A stretch of 64,000 nucleotides of DNA from an uncultured Thermoleophilaceae bacterium (lineage in GTDB: Bacteria > Actinomycetota > Thermoleophilia > Solirubrobacterales > Thermoleophilaceae): the NCBI GenBank assembly GCA_963748315.1, contig CAVVIK010000003.1:4996-68995 (forward strand). The letters run 5' to 3'. Within the stretch, counting starts at the first letter, position 1. The number at the start of each line of letters is the position of its first letter. Under the pieces are notes generated by a model. The model ran no database searches, was not told the origin of the DNA, and saw nothing but the letters and a program-made list of their open reading frames with translations. Made by a program: the position numbers and the translations under genes. Positions 1 to 10,796 of the stretch are shown here, one piece after another.

Positions 1-21
1 CCCGACCGCCGAGGAGGCACC

Positions 22-684
22 TTGAAGCTCTTGCTCACGTCGGGCGGCGTCACGAACCCGAGCATCCACTCGGCGCTCGTGCAGCTCTCGGCAAGCCGAT
101 CGCCGAGAGCCACGCCTCTGCGTCCCGACGGCGCAGTGGGGGCACCCGATGTGCGGTCCGACGTCGGTGCGGGGCTTGGTGGCCGCTGAGCCCGACGTGG
201 CAGCACTTCACCGGCCTGGGCTGGGCGTCGCTCGGTGTCCTCGAGCTCACCGCACTACCCACCATCGACGCGGAGCGATGGGTGCCCTGGGTCCGGGAGG
301 CCGACGCGCTCCTGGTCGACGGCGGCGACGCGACGTACCTGTGCCACTGGATGCGGGAGTCCGGGCTGGCCGACCTGCTGCCGTCACTGCCCGACACGGT
401 CTGGGTGGGGGTGAGCGCCGGAAGCATGGTGATGACGCCGCGGATCGGCGCGTACTTCGTCGAGTGGCCCTCGGCGCCGGACGACCGGACGCTGGGGGTC
501 GTCGACTTCTCGATCTTCCCGCACCTGGACGCGTTCCCGACGAACACCCTGGCCGACGCCGAGCGATGGGCCGCCGACATCGGCGTCCCGGCCTACGCCA
601 TCGACGAGACAGACGGCCATCAAGGTCGTCGACGGCGCCGTCGAGGGGTCATCTCAGGGACAGTGGAGGACGTTCGGGGCGTAG
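22..684 (+). pseudogene. S51 family peptidase E-like dipeptidase, reading frame interrupted
   Basis: GAGGAGG at 11-17 precedes TTG at 22. That frame reads LKLLLTSGGVTNPSIHSALVQL. ORF 282-710 carries DALLVDGGDATYLCHWMRESGL...VGVSAGSMVMTP. The C-terminus TAIKVVDGAVE..QWRTFGA* lies in a third frame and stops at 682-684. At least 2 frame changes. Confidence 0.6.
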
Positions 685-744
685 CGCATCTGAGTCGGGC
701 TGTGGGCTGACTCGGCTCCGAGCGTCGTAGTGCGATACTGAGCC

Positions 745-1429
745 ATGCCAGTCCGCACGGTCATCGAACGCGGGCCCAAGGGCAAGCGGGCCGTGGCCTT
801 CGCCGTCGACTGGCCAGGATGGAGCCGCGGCGCGAAGAGCGCCGAGCTCGCCCTGGAGACGCTCGAGTCGTATCGGGAGCGCTATCGGCCGGTCGCGGAC
901 CTCGCCGGGATGGCGCGCGAGTTCGATGCCGCCGGGCCCCTCGAGATCGTCGAGGACCGGGTCGGGACGGGCTCGACCGACTTCTGGGGCATCTCCTTCT
1001 CGCCATCGGCGACCGAGCACGGTCCGATGGAGCGAGGCGGAGCTCGAGCGCAAGATCACGCTGCTGCGGGCCTGCTGGGCGTTCTTCGACGGCGTCGCGG
1101 CGCGGGTCTCGCCGGAGATGCGCAAGGGTCCGCGCGGGGGAGGGCGCGACCGCGACCGGATCATCCGCCACACCATCCGCAACGAGAGCGAGGACTTCGC
1201 GAAGCAGGTCGGGTTGCGGATCCCGGAGGAGGCGGCGCTGACCCCGGACGGCCTGCGGCAGCATCGGAAGGACTACGTCGCGGCGATGCGCGCGTACAAC
1301 GCCGGCGAGGTCGAGCGGCGCATGCGGTCGTGGACGCTGCCGTTCCTCATCCGCCACTCCGCCTACCACACGCTCGACCACGCCTGGGAGATGGAGGACA
1401 AGGACCTCTCCGCCGAGGACGGGGCCTGA
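745..1429 (+). pseudogene. conserved hypothetical protein (possibly DinB-like), one frame change near 1,020
   Basis: ORF 745-1461 starts MPVRTVIERGPKGKRAVAFAVDWPGWSRGAKSAELALETLESYRERYRP. A sensible continuation WSEAELERKITLLRACWAFFDGV...AYHTLDHAWEMEDKDL sits in ORF 926-1429. The family assignment is only loose. Confidence 0.4.
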
Positions 1430-1557
1430 CCAAACCTTCCGTCGCCGACCGCCCGCGATGAACGGGCTTGGCCGAAACGCACGGATCCACCTAGTCCCGC
1501 GGCCCCGGTGATGCCGCCGATAGGTCAGCCGGGAGGCAGCCTGCGACCGCGCCGGAC

Positions 1558-3722
1558 CTAGCGGCCGCCGCGGACCTTGGGGAGCGGCGGCAGGCCGCGC
1601 TTGCCGTCGACCAGGAAGTGCCGGAACCAGCCCACTACGATCTCGAGGTTCTCGACCCGGCGGTACGGCGTCCCCGAGCGGGTCAGCTCGTGGGTCTCCT
1701 CCGGGACGCGCAGGAGCCGGACCGGCTGCTTGAGCGACCGCAGGACCGTGAACAGCGCCTCGGCCTGGCCGATCGTCGTCCGCAGGTCGCGCTCGCGAGT
1801 GCTGGATGAGCAGCGGCGTCTGGATCCGGTCGGCGTAGGTGATCGGCGAGATCTCGCGGAAGTAGGCCGGGTCGTCCCACGGCGTCACGTCGAACTCGAG
1901 CTTGGCCCAGTCGCCGCCGCTGATGTCGCCGGTCAGGAACAGCATCGCCCATGTCGCTGACGCAGCGGCAGGTCATCGCCGCCCGGAACCGCTGGTCGTG
2001 GGCCGACGATCCAGTTCGTGAGGTAGCCGCCGTACGAGCCGCCGGTCACGCCGAGGCGATCCGGGTCGGCCAGGCCGTCGGCGACGAGGGCGTCGACCCC
2101 GGCCAGCACGTCGCGCATCGGGCCCGGGCCCCAGTCGCGGATGGTTGGCGTCGTTGAACGCCTCGCCGTAGCCCTCGGAGCCGCGCGGGTTGCAGTAGAA
2201 GACGCCGATCCCGGCCGCGGCGAGGATCTGGAACTCCCAGATCGGCGACCAGCCGTAGAGCGTGTGCGGGCCGCCGTGGATCTCGGTCGACGAGCGGCGC
2301 GCGCGCCGGCTCCGTCGCCGGCCGCGGGATGAACCAGCCCTGGATGTCGCGACCGTCGACGGTGACGTGGCGCTCGCTGCGGCTCGCGCGAGCGCGAGGT
2401 CGCGAGCACGTCGTCGTTGAACGTGGTCAGACCGGTCGCGGGTTCGACCGGCACGCCGTCGCGGAGCCACAGGTCGGGCGGCTCGGTCGGCGTCGACCGC
2501 AGGTAGGCGATCGCGCAGCCGACGCGCCGACCCGCGCGCCGTGACCGCGGTCGCCACGCCGAGATGTAGTGGCGGCCCGTCCGTCATCCGCTCGAGCCGG
2601 CCGTCGGCCGACGGCGATGCGCCACAGCTCGTAGGCGCCCGTCGATCGGGGCCGTGAACGTGGAGCCAGCGCCCCGTCGGCGCGACGGGACAGGCGGGTC
2701 TCCTCGCCGCGCGTGACGTCGCTGTTCATCGCCGAGCCCGGCATCAGGTCGTGGCGTCGCCGACAGGTTCCGGCCGCCGTTCGGCGTCGCGTCCGATCCG
2801 TCCGCCGCGAACAGCCAGATGTCGTTGCGGCTGCCGGCTCCGGCCCTCGAACCGATGCCCGAGCGCCGCGATCGTCCGGCCGTCGGGCAGCCACGTCGGG
2901 CTGGCGAAGACCGAGCGCGGACCGCGCGGTGACGGCCGTGACCGCACCGGTCTCGACGTCGACGACGTGGATTCCGGTCGGCTGGAGACGCAGGTCGGCG
3001 TCGCGATGGCGGTTCGACGCGAAGGCGATCCGCGTGCCGTCGGGCGACCACGCCGGCTCGGTGTCCGGCAGCCGGGCCGTCGGTCAGGCGGCGTCGCCTC
3101 GCCGGTCGCGACGTCGACCAGCCAGAGGTGCGGACCCGGTCGTAGATGAACCCGGTCCCGTTGAGCATGTAGTCGAGCCGGTCGATGAAGCGGTAGTCGG
3201 ACGCGCGGCGGCGCCTCGCGGTCGGGCGTTCGCTCGAGCCCGCGCGGCGCTCGTCCTCCTGGCGGTCGCGCCGCGCGAGGTGCTGACGACGACGAGCCGC
3301 GTCCCGTCGGGCGACCATTCGAAGCCTCGACGCCGCGCGGCAGGTCGGTGAGGCGCCGCGCTTCGCCGCCGTCGAGCGGCAGCAGGTGGACCTGGTGCCG
3401 TCCTCGCGGTCGCTTCGATCGATCGGCGCGGCGATCGAGGCTCCTCCTCGACGATCGGAGCGGCGGTCCGAGATGAACGCGAGCGTCCGGCCGTCCGGCG
3501 AGAAGCGCGGATGCCGGTCGTGCGCGCACCGATGCGTCAGCTGGCGGGCTCGCCGCCGACCCGTCGGTCGGGACGAGCCACAGGGCGCTGGCGATAGCCA
3601 TCGAAGCCCGGGCGCGACCGTCTGGAGCGTGACGACCGCGAGCCGGCCGTCGGGCGACAGGCGCGGCTCGGTCGGCGATCCGGAGCCGGATACAGGTCGT
3701 CGGGGCGGGGCGGACGCGGCAC
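1558..3722 (-). pseudogene. S9 family serine peptidase (prolyl oligopeptidase / acylaminoacyl-peptidase type), multiple frame changes
   Basis: The parts are spread over minus ORFs 761-1945, 1933-2454, 1973-2587, 2584-3318 and 2744-3601. The N-terminus reads VPRPPRPDDLY from GTG 3722. Propeller segments include WLPDGRTIAALGHRFEG. IHGGPHTLYGWSPIWEFQILAAAGIGVFYCNPRGSEGYGEAF is present, as is the nucleophile elbow GGSYGGYLTNWIVG. The C-terminus is ISPITYADRIQTPLLIQHS...GWFRHFLVDGKRGLPPLPKVRGGR*, with the stop at 1558-1560. Confidence 0.7.
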
Positions 3723-3778
3723 GGGAACCTCCGGGCAGTCGGGACGACCGAAGTCTAGCGGGCTACCATCGGCCGACG

Positions 3779-4525
3779 ATGGCCGACCAGCTCTCGCTGC
3801 GCCTCGAGGCCGACCGGCTGCCCGATCTGCCGGACCTGCGGCCGATGCTCGCCGCGCCCGCTGCCGGCGCCGTTCGACTCGGACGAGCACCTGTTCGAGC
3901 CGTGGTGGGGCGGCGACGCGGGCGCTCGTGTCGATCGGCCCGGCCGACGCGGCCGGGAGCGGCGAGGTCGGATCGCGACGCCGACGGGCGCGACCTCACC
4001 GCGGCGCTCCCCGAGCTGGCCGGCACTGGCCGTCCGGGTCGCCGCACGGTCGGCGATCCTCGACGGGGAGCTGGTCGTCGTCGACGCCGCACGGCCGGGC
4101 CGATACCGCGGAGCTGGAGCGGCGACTCGCCGGCGAGGCCGGCCGGCCGGCCGCGTTCCTCGCCTTCGACCTGCTCCATCTCGACGGGCGGTCGCTGCTG
4201 TCGCAGCCGCTCGTCCGACGACGCGAGGCGCTGCGGCGGGTCCTCCGGCCGGGCGACGAGGTCGTCGCGGTGCCGGCGATCGCGACGGAGGGCATCGCGC
4301 TGTTCGATGCGGTCGTGGCCCAGGGCATCGCCGGGATGCTGGCCCGCCAGCGGCAGGGCCCCTACCTGCCCGGGCGTCCGCAGCCGGCTGTGGCGGTTCA
4401 TCCCGGCGGCCAGCCGGAGAGTCCCGTCGTCGAGGCGGAGCCGAGGACCGCCGGCCGCACCGACCGCGGCGACCGCGCCGGTCCTGGCGCTGATCAGCCG
4501 ACTGCCCCTCGACGACGAGGCGTAG
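3779..4525 (+). pseudogene. ATP-dependent DNA ligase (LigC / LigD ligase-domain type), frame-broken
   Basis: ATG 3779 gives MADQLSLRLEADRLPDLPDLRPMLAAP, followed by LFEPWWGG. ORF 3928-4566 has AFLAFDLLHLDGRSLLSQPLVRRREALRRVLRPGDEVVAVPAIATEGIALFDAVVAQGIAGMLARQRQGPYLPG. The tail ends at the TAG at 4523-4525 in the frame of ORF 3386-4525. Confidence 0.55.
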
Positions 4526-4536
4526 GCCGGGCGACT

Positions 4537-5876
4537 CAGCGCCGCGCGCGCGCGCCGCCGCGATGAACGCCCGGATCCCCGGACGCTGGCCGTACAGCAG
4601 CACGCCGGCCGCGTACATCCGGGTCGCGACCATCGCCACGACCACGATCGCCGCCACGAGCAGCCCGATCGACAGCGCGACCTGCCACGGCTGGACGGCG
4701 CCGACCATCAGCCGGGCGAGCATCACGAACGGGCTGAACGGCGGCAGGAACGACGCGATCGCGATCCACGTCCCGCCGCCGCCGCCGAGCGCCACGATCG
4801 CGGACAGGTAGCCGGCGATCGGCGACGAGGCTAGCGGCAGCGACAGGGTCTGCAGGTCATCCGGGCCGGCTGACGAACGAGCCCATCGACGCATAGATCA
4901 GCGCGAACAGCGTGAACCCGAGCAGGAAGAAGACGCCGTACCCGAGCGAGCAGCCCAGGGTCAGGCCGACCGGCGGCGCGCCCGTCGGCCCAGCCCGGCC
5001 CGAGGACCGCCTCGGCGATCCGGTCCTGGAACGCGAGGAGGACGAGCGCCGGCACGGCGATCGCGACGTACTGGGTCAGCCCGGCGGCGCCGATCCCGAC
5101 CACCTTGCCGGTCAGCATCTGGCGCGGCGACGCGGCGCTGATCATCAGCTCCATGACCCGGCTGCTCTTCTCGGCCGCGACGCCCGTCGCGACCCACATC
5201 CCGTAGATGACGACCGTGATGAACAGCAGGATGACGAACACGATGCCGAGGAAGGCGCGGCTGGCGACGCCTGCCGGCGTCGAGCGCACGTCCGCCCTCG
5301 GTCGGCGACGTTGGCGACTCGATCCTGAACTCGGCGGCTGGAACGCGCCGAGCTGGGAGTCCTCGGGCAGGGCCGACGTCCAGTCGACGATCGCCGAGGC
5401 CCAGGGCCGCGAACCCGACGAGCTGGGCTGCGGACGCTGTCGGCCGGCCCGTTCGTCGCGATAGACGACGTCGATCTGGCCGTCTGGGCAGTCGCTCGAC
5501 GATCATGACCCCGCCGATCGTCGCCGCTCGCGACAGCGTCGCGGCGGCCGACTCGGCGTCGGTCGCGCGCTCGACGATCGAACGGCTGCTTCCAGGTCGC
5601 CGGCGTCCACGCCCTGGGGCACGATGTTGAGCAGGCTGTCCGCGACACGGCGATGGCCCGCGGCGCCAGGTCTTCGTCGTCGGTCGACGACCGCGATGCG
5701 GGTGACCGTCTGACGGTCCAGGTAGCGGATCCCGATCGGGGCGAGCGCGACGACCAGCGCGAGCCCCATCAGGATGATCGTCGAGACGCGAAGAACAGCG
5801 GGCTGCGGACCCGGTCGCGGTACTCGCGGCGGGCGACGATCCCGGCGTTCGGCAGGAGCGGGTCGCGGCGCGCCAT
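4537..5876 (-). pseudogene. ABC-2 type exporter permease (NatB-like), frame-broken
   Basis: ATG 5876 (MARRDPLLPNAGIVARREYRDRVRSPLFF) overlaps the upstream ATPase stop as TGATG. ORF 4831-5289 has EKSSRVMELMISAASPRQMLTGKVVGIGAAGLTQY. The C-terminus LLYGQRPGIRAFIAAAR lies near 4,540. The pieces occupy at least 3 frames. Confidence 0.55.
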
Positions 5877-6846
5877 CAGGCGATGTCCCCGACGGGTGCG
5901 CTGGCGCCACGCGGACGCCAGCGTGGTGTCGTCGTCGGCCGGGCGCCCGACATGCTCGATGAACATCGCCTCGAGGCTCGGCTCGGCGAGCTCGAAGTGG
6001 CTCACGGGCGCGCCCCGCGCCACGAGCCGCGGCCAGGACCGCGCGCGGTTCGCGCCGGGCAGCAGCTCGAGCTCGGCGGCCCGGCGTCGGGCCGGACGGC
6101 CGCGACGCCGGGCGAGCTCGGCCAGCCAGGCCGGCGCCGGACTCGCCGTCGACGCCGAGGCGGACCGTCCGGCGCGCCGCTGGCCCGCTTGAGGTCGCGC
6201 GAGCGGCCGCCCGCCACGAGCCGCCCGCGGTCGACGATCGCCACCGATTCGCACAGGGCCTCGGCCGCTTCCATCTGGTGGGTCGAGAAGATGAGCGTCC
6301 GGCCCGCGGTCGCGCAGCTCGATGAACGCCTCGCGCAGCAGGACGAGGTTGACCGGATCGAGCCCGGTGAAGGGCTCGTCCATCAGCAGCACCTCGGGGC
6401 CGTGCAGGACCGCGGCGATGAACTGGACCTTCTGCTGGTTGCCCTTCGACAGCTCCTCGGCCCGCCGGTCGGCGTAGTCCGGGATGCGGAAGCGCGTCGA
6501 GCCAGGCGAGCGCCTCGCGGCGCGCCCGGTCGGGCGGGTCGCCGTACAGCGAACCGAAGTAGACGAGCTGGTCGAGGACGCCCATCCGTGGATACAGGCC
6601 GCGCTCCTCCGGCAGGTAGCCCCACGTCCGCCGCGGCAGCGTCCGCCGTCTGGCGGCCGTCCCAGCGGATCTCGCCGGCGTCGGCGTGCGAGGATCCCGA
6701 GGCAGATCCGCATCGTGGTCGTCTTGCCCGCGCCGTTGGCGCCGAGGAATCCGAAGACCTCGCCGCGGCCGACCTCGAAGGCCAGCCCGTCGAGGGCGAC
6801 GGTCGTCGCCGAAACGCTTCGTGACGTGATCGATCTCGAGGCTCAC
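5876..6846 (-). pseudogene. ABC transporter ATP-binding protein (NatA-like), frame-broken
   Basis: GTG 6846 gives VSLEIDHVTKRFGD. The Walker A remnant GAGKTTTMRICLGIL and LSKGNQQKVQFIAAVLHGPEVLLMDEPFTGLDP (signature plus Walker B) lie in different ORFs (5503-7017 and 5769-6713). Confidence 0.65.
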
Positions 6847-6929
6847 AAGGCGAGCATGCCGCGGAACCCGAGATGCGCCGTGAGCCGATGGTCCCGGTCG
6901 GCCGCGGTGACGGCACGGCGCAGCGGCGG

Positions 6930-9526
6930 TCACGCGACCCAGGCGCGTCCCGTCGTGGTCCGGACGAGCTCGGCGAGGAGGGCCGGGGCAAGGGCGATGG
7001 CGGCGACGAGGGCCCACTCGGAGCCATCGAGCGGCGTCGCCCGGAAGGCCTCGGCGAGCGCCGGCACATACGGGATGAGGGCCTGGATGACGACGACGAG
7101 CAGGCCCACGACCAGCAGGAAGCGGTTAAGCGGCAGGCGATGGAAGGGCTCCGCAGGCTGCGGTTCGCGTACGCCCGGACGCGCTTGGGCAGCGACGAGC
7201 GTCGTGAACGCCAGCCAGCGGCCGTGCTCGAAGCCGGCGCCGCTGGCCGATCATGACGCCACAAGCGCCGCGACCGCACTGAAGCCGCCCGCGACGCGCG
7301 ATCCGCGCCAGGAGGCCACTGCGTCAGCAGGGGCCGGCCGGCGTGGCCGCGGTGGCCGGGTCATGAGGTCCGGCTCGGGCGGCTCGCGCTCGAACGCGAC
7401 CGACGTCGACGAGGTCGATGAACAGCTCCAGCCACAGGATCTGGATCGGCAGGAGGGCCTGGCTGAACGCCGGAGATCGTCGCGATGAGGATGAAGCCGA
7501 GCAAGCGCGACGTGGGTCGAGAAGAGGAAGACGAGGCCCTTCTGGACGTTGTCGACGATCCGCCGACCCTCCGCCAGGCCGTACATCAGCGTCGCGAACG
7601 AGTCGTCACCGAGGACGAGGTCGGAGGCCTCCTTGGCGACCGCGGTGCCGCTGCCCATCGCGACCGCGACATCGGCGCCGTGGAGCGCCGGTGCGTCATT
7701 GACGCCGTCGCCCGTGACCGCGACGAGCCGACCCGCCGCCGGGCGGCGTCGACGAGCCGCACGCTTCTGGTCGGGCGTGGACCGCGCCACGACCGCGCAG
7801 AGTCGCCGGCAGCTCGCGCGCCAGCCGCTCGTCGTCCCACGCGCGCCAGCTCCGTCGCCGGTGCACGATCCGCTGGTCGTCGAGGCCCGCCTGCGCGGCG
7901 ATGGCCGCCGCCGTCGCGTGGATGGTCGCCGGTGACGACGACGACCTGGATCCCGGCGCCGCGCGCCGTCGCCATGCGCCTCGCGGATCCCCGCGCCGGA
8001 TCGGGTCCGCGAAGCCGAGCGAGCGCCCGCATGCGCCCACGGCCCGTCGTCGATCCGGCCGGCGAGCGCCGACGACGCCGCTCGCCCGCGGCGGCGCGGC
8101 TCCTCGACGACGGCTCGTGCCACGCGTCGGGTCGCCAGCGCTCGCGCCGGCCGGCGAGCATGGGCAGCACCGCCTCGGGCGCCCCGAGCGCCAGCTCCTC
8201 CACGCGGCCGTCGCGACGGCTGCGCGTGCCGAGTACGGCCGGTCATCCGTCGGACGGCTCGCGCTCGACGAGGTCGCCGGGATCGAGGGCACGCGTCGCC
8301 GCCGGCCGCCTCGACGGCGCGTCGCGCAGCGCCCGCGTGAACGAGCCCGGCGGCCGACCCGCGCTCGCCCAGCCCAGGCGTCGTCTTCGGCGCGAAGCGC
8401 CTCCGCGCAGCACGCGCGAGCCGGCTCGTCGGGCTCGGTCGACCGGCGCCGTCCGGTGTCGCGACGGAGGCGACGACCAGCCGGTTCTGCGGTCAGCGTC
8501 CGGTCTTGTCGGTGATGATCAGGTCGACCGCGCCGAGCGTCTCCTCGGCGTTGAGCCGACGGACGAGCACGCCGCGGCGCAGCAGCCGGTAGGCGCCGAG
8601 GCCGAGGATCGACCGCGAGCAGGACCGGCGGCTCCTCGGGGATGGCGGCGATCGCGGCCGAGATGCCCGCCAGCAGGTTCTCGCCGAGCGGGTTCCCGCG
8701 CAGCGAAACCGAGCCCGATGGTGATCGCGATGAGCCCGACCGCGACGACGAGCAGGATGCGCACGAGCCGATCGAGCTCGCGCTGCAGCGGCGAGCGGCG
8801 CCGCTCCGCGCGTCGCCAGGCTCGCCCGCGATCCGGCCGAACTCGGTCGCCGGGCCGGTGGCCACGACGACGCCCTTCGCCGCGCCCGCCGACGACGCTC
8901 GTACCCGAATACGCGATCGAATGCGGCGGTCGAGCGGGGGCGCCGCGTTGACGTCCGGCTCGACACTCCCCGCCTCCGGGAGCGGACTCGCCGGTCAGGA
9001 TGCTGCGGTCGAGGAGGAGGCGCTCCGGACGCGGATGAGGCGGAGGTCCGCCGGCACGACGTCGCCGACCTGGAGGAGGACGACGTCGCCGGGGACCAGG
9101 CGCCGCCGCGGGCGATCTCGACGACGCGCCCGTCGCGACGGACACGGGCGGCCGGCGCGCGAGGCGTCGCGAAGCGCCTCGAGGGCGCGCTCACCGCGGT
9201 ACTCGGTGACGACGTCGGCGCCGACGATCGGGACGAGGCCGAGCCAGGATCGAGCAGCCCGTCGCGGACCTCACCGAGGAGGATGGCCAGGACGCCCGGC
9301 GACGACGAGCAGCGAGCACGAAGGGCTCGGTGACCGCATCGAAGACCATCGCGAGCACGGGCTCGCGCTTGAAGGCCTCGAGCTCGTTCGGACCGGCGTC
9401 GGCGGCGCGGCGGCCGGCCTCGGACCCGGACAGGCCGATCGCCGGGTCGACGAGCAGGGATCGGGCGACGTCGTCGTATGGGTGTGCGAACGGGGCTCGC
9501 AGCGGATCGCGACCGTCCTCATCCAT
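6930..9526 (-). pseudogene. P-type cation-transporting ATPase, multiple frame changes
   Basis: ATG 9526 gives MDEDGRDPLRAPFAHPYDDVARSLLVDPAIGLSGSEAGRRAADAGPNELE. The phosphorylation-site region DLIITDKTG is in ORF 8493-9194. The hinge VAVTGDGVNDAPAL is in ORF 7251-8246. The C-terminal TM reads FHRLPLNRFLLVVGLLVVVIQALIPYVPALAEAF...LAELVRTTTGRAWVA*, with the stop at 6930-6932. Confidence 0.7.
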
Positions 9527-9564
9527 CCGATGCCATCTTCTCGCAAACGGGTACGATCGAGTGG

Positions 9565-9968
9565 ATGCACACCCATCGACGCCCGCCGACCAGGTCACGC
9601 CGACGCGATCCACGCCGACCGGGCGCCGGACGGCTCTCGATCGAGTGGCCCGACGGCCACGCGACGGGCTACGACCTCACGCGCTGCGCTGGCTGTGCCC
9701 GTGCGCCTACTGCCGCGGCGAGGCCGGGATGCCGGGCTGGCTCGACAGCGCACCCGACGCTCACCGCCGAGCAGACCCGGCTGGTCGACGTCCGCTGGTC
9801 GGCGACTACGCGATCGCCCCGGCCTGGGGCGACGGCCACCACACCGGCTACTACACCTTCACCCTGCTGCGCGAGCGCTGCCCGTGCGCCGAGTGCCGGC
9901 CGCGCCGCGGCCGGCGAGCGCGCCAGCCGCGGTCACGACACGCCGACCGCCACGAGGAGCACGCATGA
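9565..9968 (+). pseudogene. DUF971 (gamma-butyrobetaine hydroxylase-like N-terminal) domain protein, frame-broken
   Basis: The ATG is at 9565. IEWPDGHATGYDL sits in one frame. LRWLCPCAYCRGEAGMPGWLD...VGDYAIAPAWGDGHHTGYYTFTLLRERCPCAEC sits in another (ORFs 9478-10239 and 9330-9968). Confidence 0.5.
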
Positions 9969-10290
9969 TCGTCGTCACGACCCCGTTCCTCGCCGGCCAC
10001 CGCATCGTCGAGACCAAGGGCATGGTGTTCGGGCTCGTCGTCCGCAGCCGCGGGCTCGGCGGCAACCTCATGGCCGAGCTCCGCTCGCTCGGCGGCGGCG
10101 AGATCCACGAGTACACGAGCCTGCTCGAGGACACCCGCCGCCAGGCGCTCGACCGGCTCGTCAAGAACGCCACGCTGCTCGGGCGCGAACGCGATCATCT
10201 CGATGCGCTTCGACAGCTCCGAGCTGTCGGGGACGATGAGCGAGATCGTGGCCTACGGCACGGCGGTCGTCGTCGAGCCGGACGGCGGCG
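9965..10290 (+). pseudogene. YbjQ / UPF0145 family protein, one frame change near 10,190; 3' end approximate
   Basis: ATG 9965 overlaps the preceding stop as ATGA. It reads MIVVTTPFLAGHRIVETKGMVFGLVVRSRGLGGNLMAELRSLGGGEIHEYTSLLEDTRRQALDRLVKNATLLG. The continuation MRFDSSELSGTMSEIVAYGTAVVVEP is in the frame of ORF 10203-10487. Confidence 0.5.
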
Positions 10291-10796
10291 CGTCGCGCGC
10301 CCCGGCCGGCACGTCCAGTCGAATGAGCGTCGGACTGAGCCTCGCCGCGGTCTGTCGTCATCGTCAGCGGGCTGGCGGTCCTCGCTGCTCGGGCTCTGGC
10401 TCATCGCCGCCCGGCGGCTCGGCGGACGGTCGTCGGGATCTGGACCGTGCTCTGGTCGGCGCTGGCGCTGGTCGTCGGCGCCGCTGATCGAGCGGATGCG
10501 CTACCGCTCCGATGCGATCGGACCGCTCCGGGCCCCGACCGGCCCGGCGGCGGCGAGCCGCCCGGCGACGCCGCTCGAGCCGCGGTTCCGGCGGACCGAC
10601 GAGGTCTTCATGGACCCGACGACCGGCCACCGGATGCGCGTCTGGCATCGATCCCGCGACCGGCGAGCGGCGGTACGTCGCCGAGCGCTGAGGGCCTCGA
10701 CCGGGCGACCTGCGGTGCGTATCCTCGCCGGCCGGGGTACGCGTCCGTCATCGGCCGGCCACGTCATCGACCCTCAGGAGCGCTCGACCGCAGCCG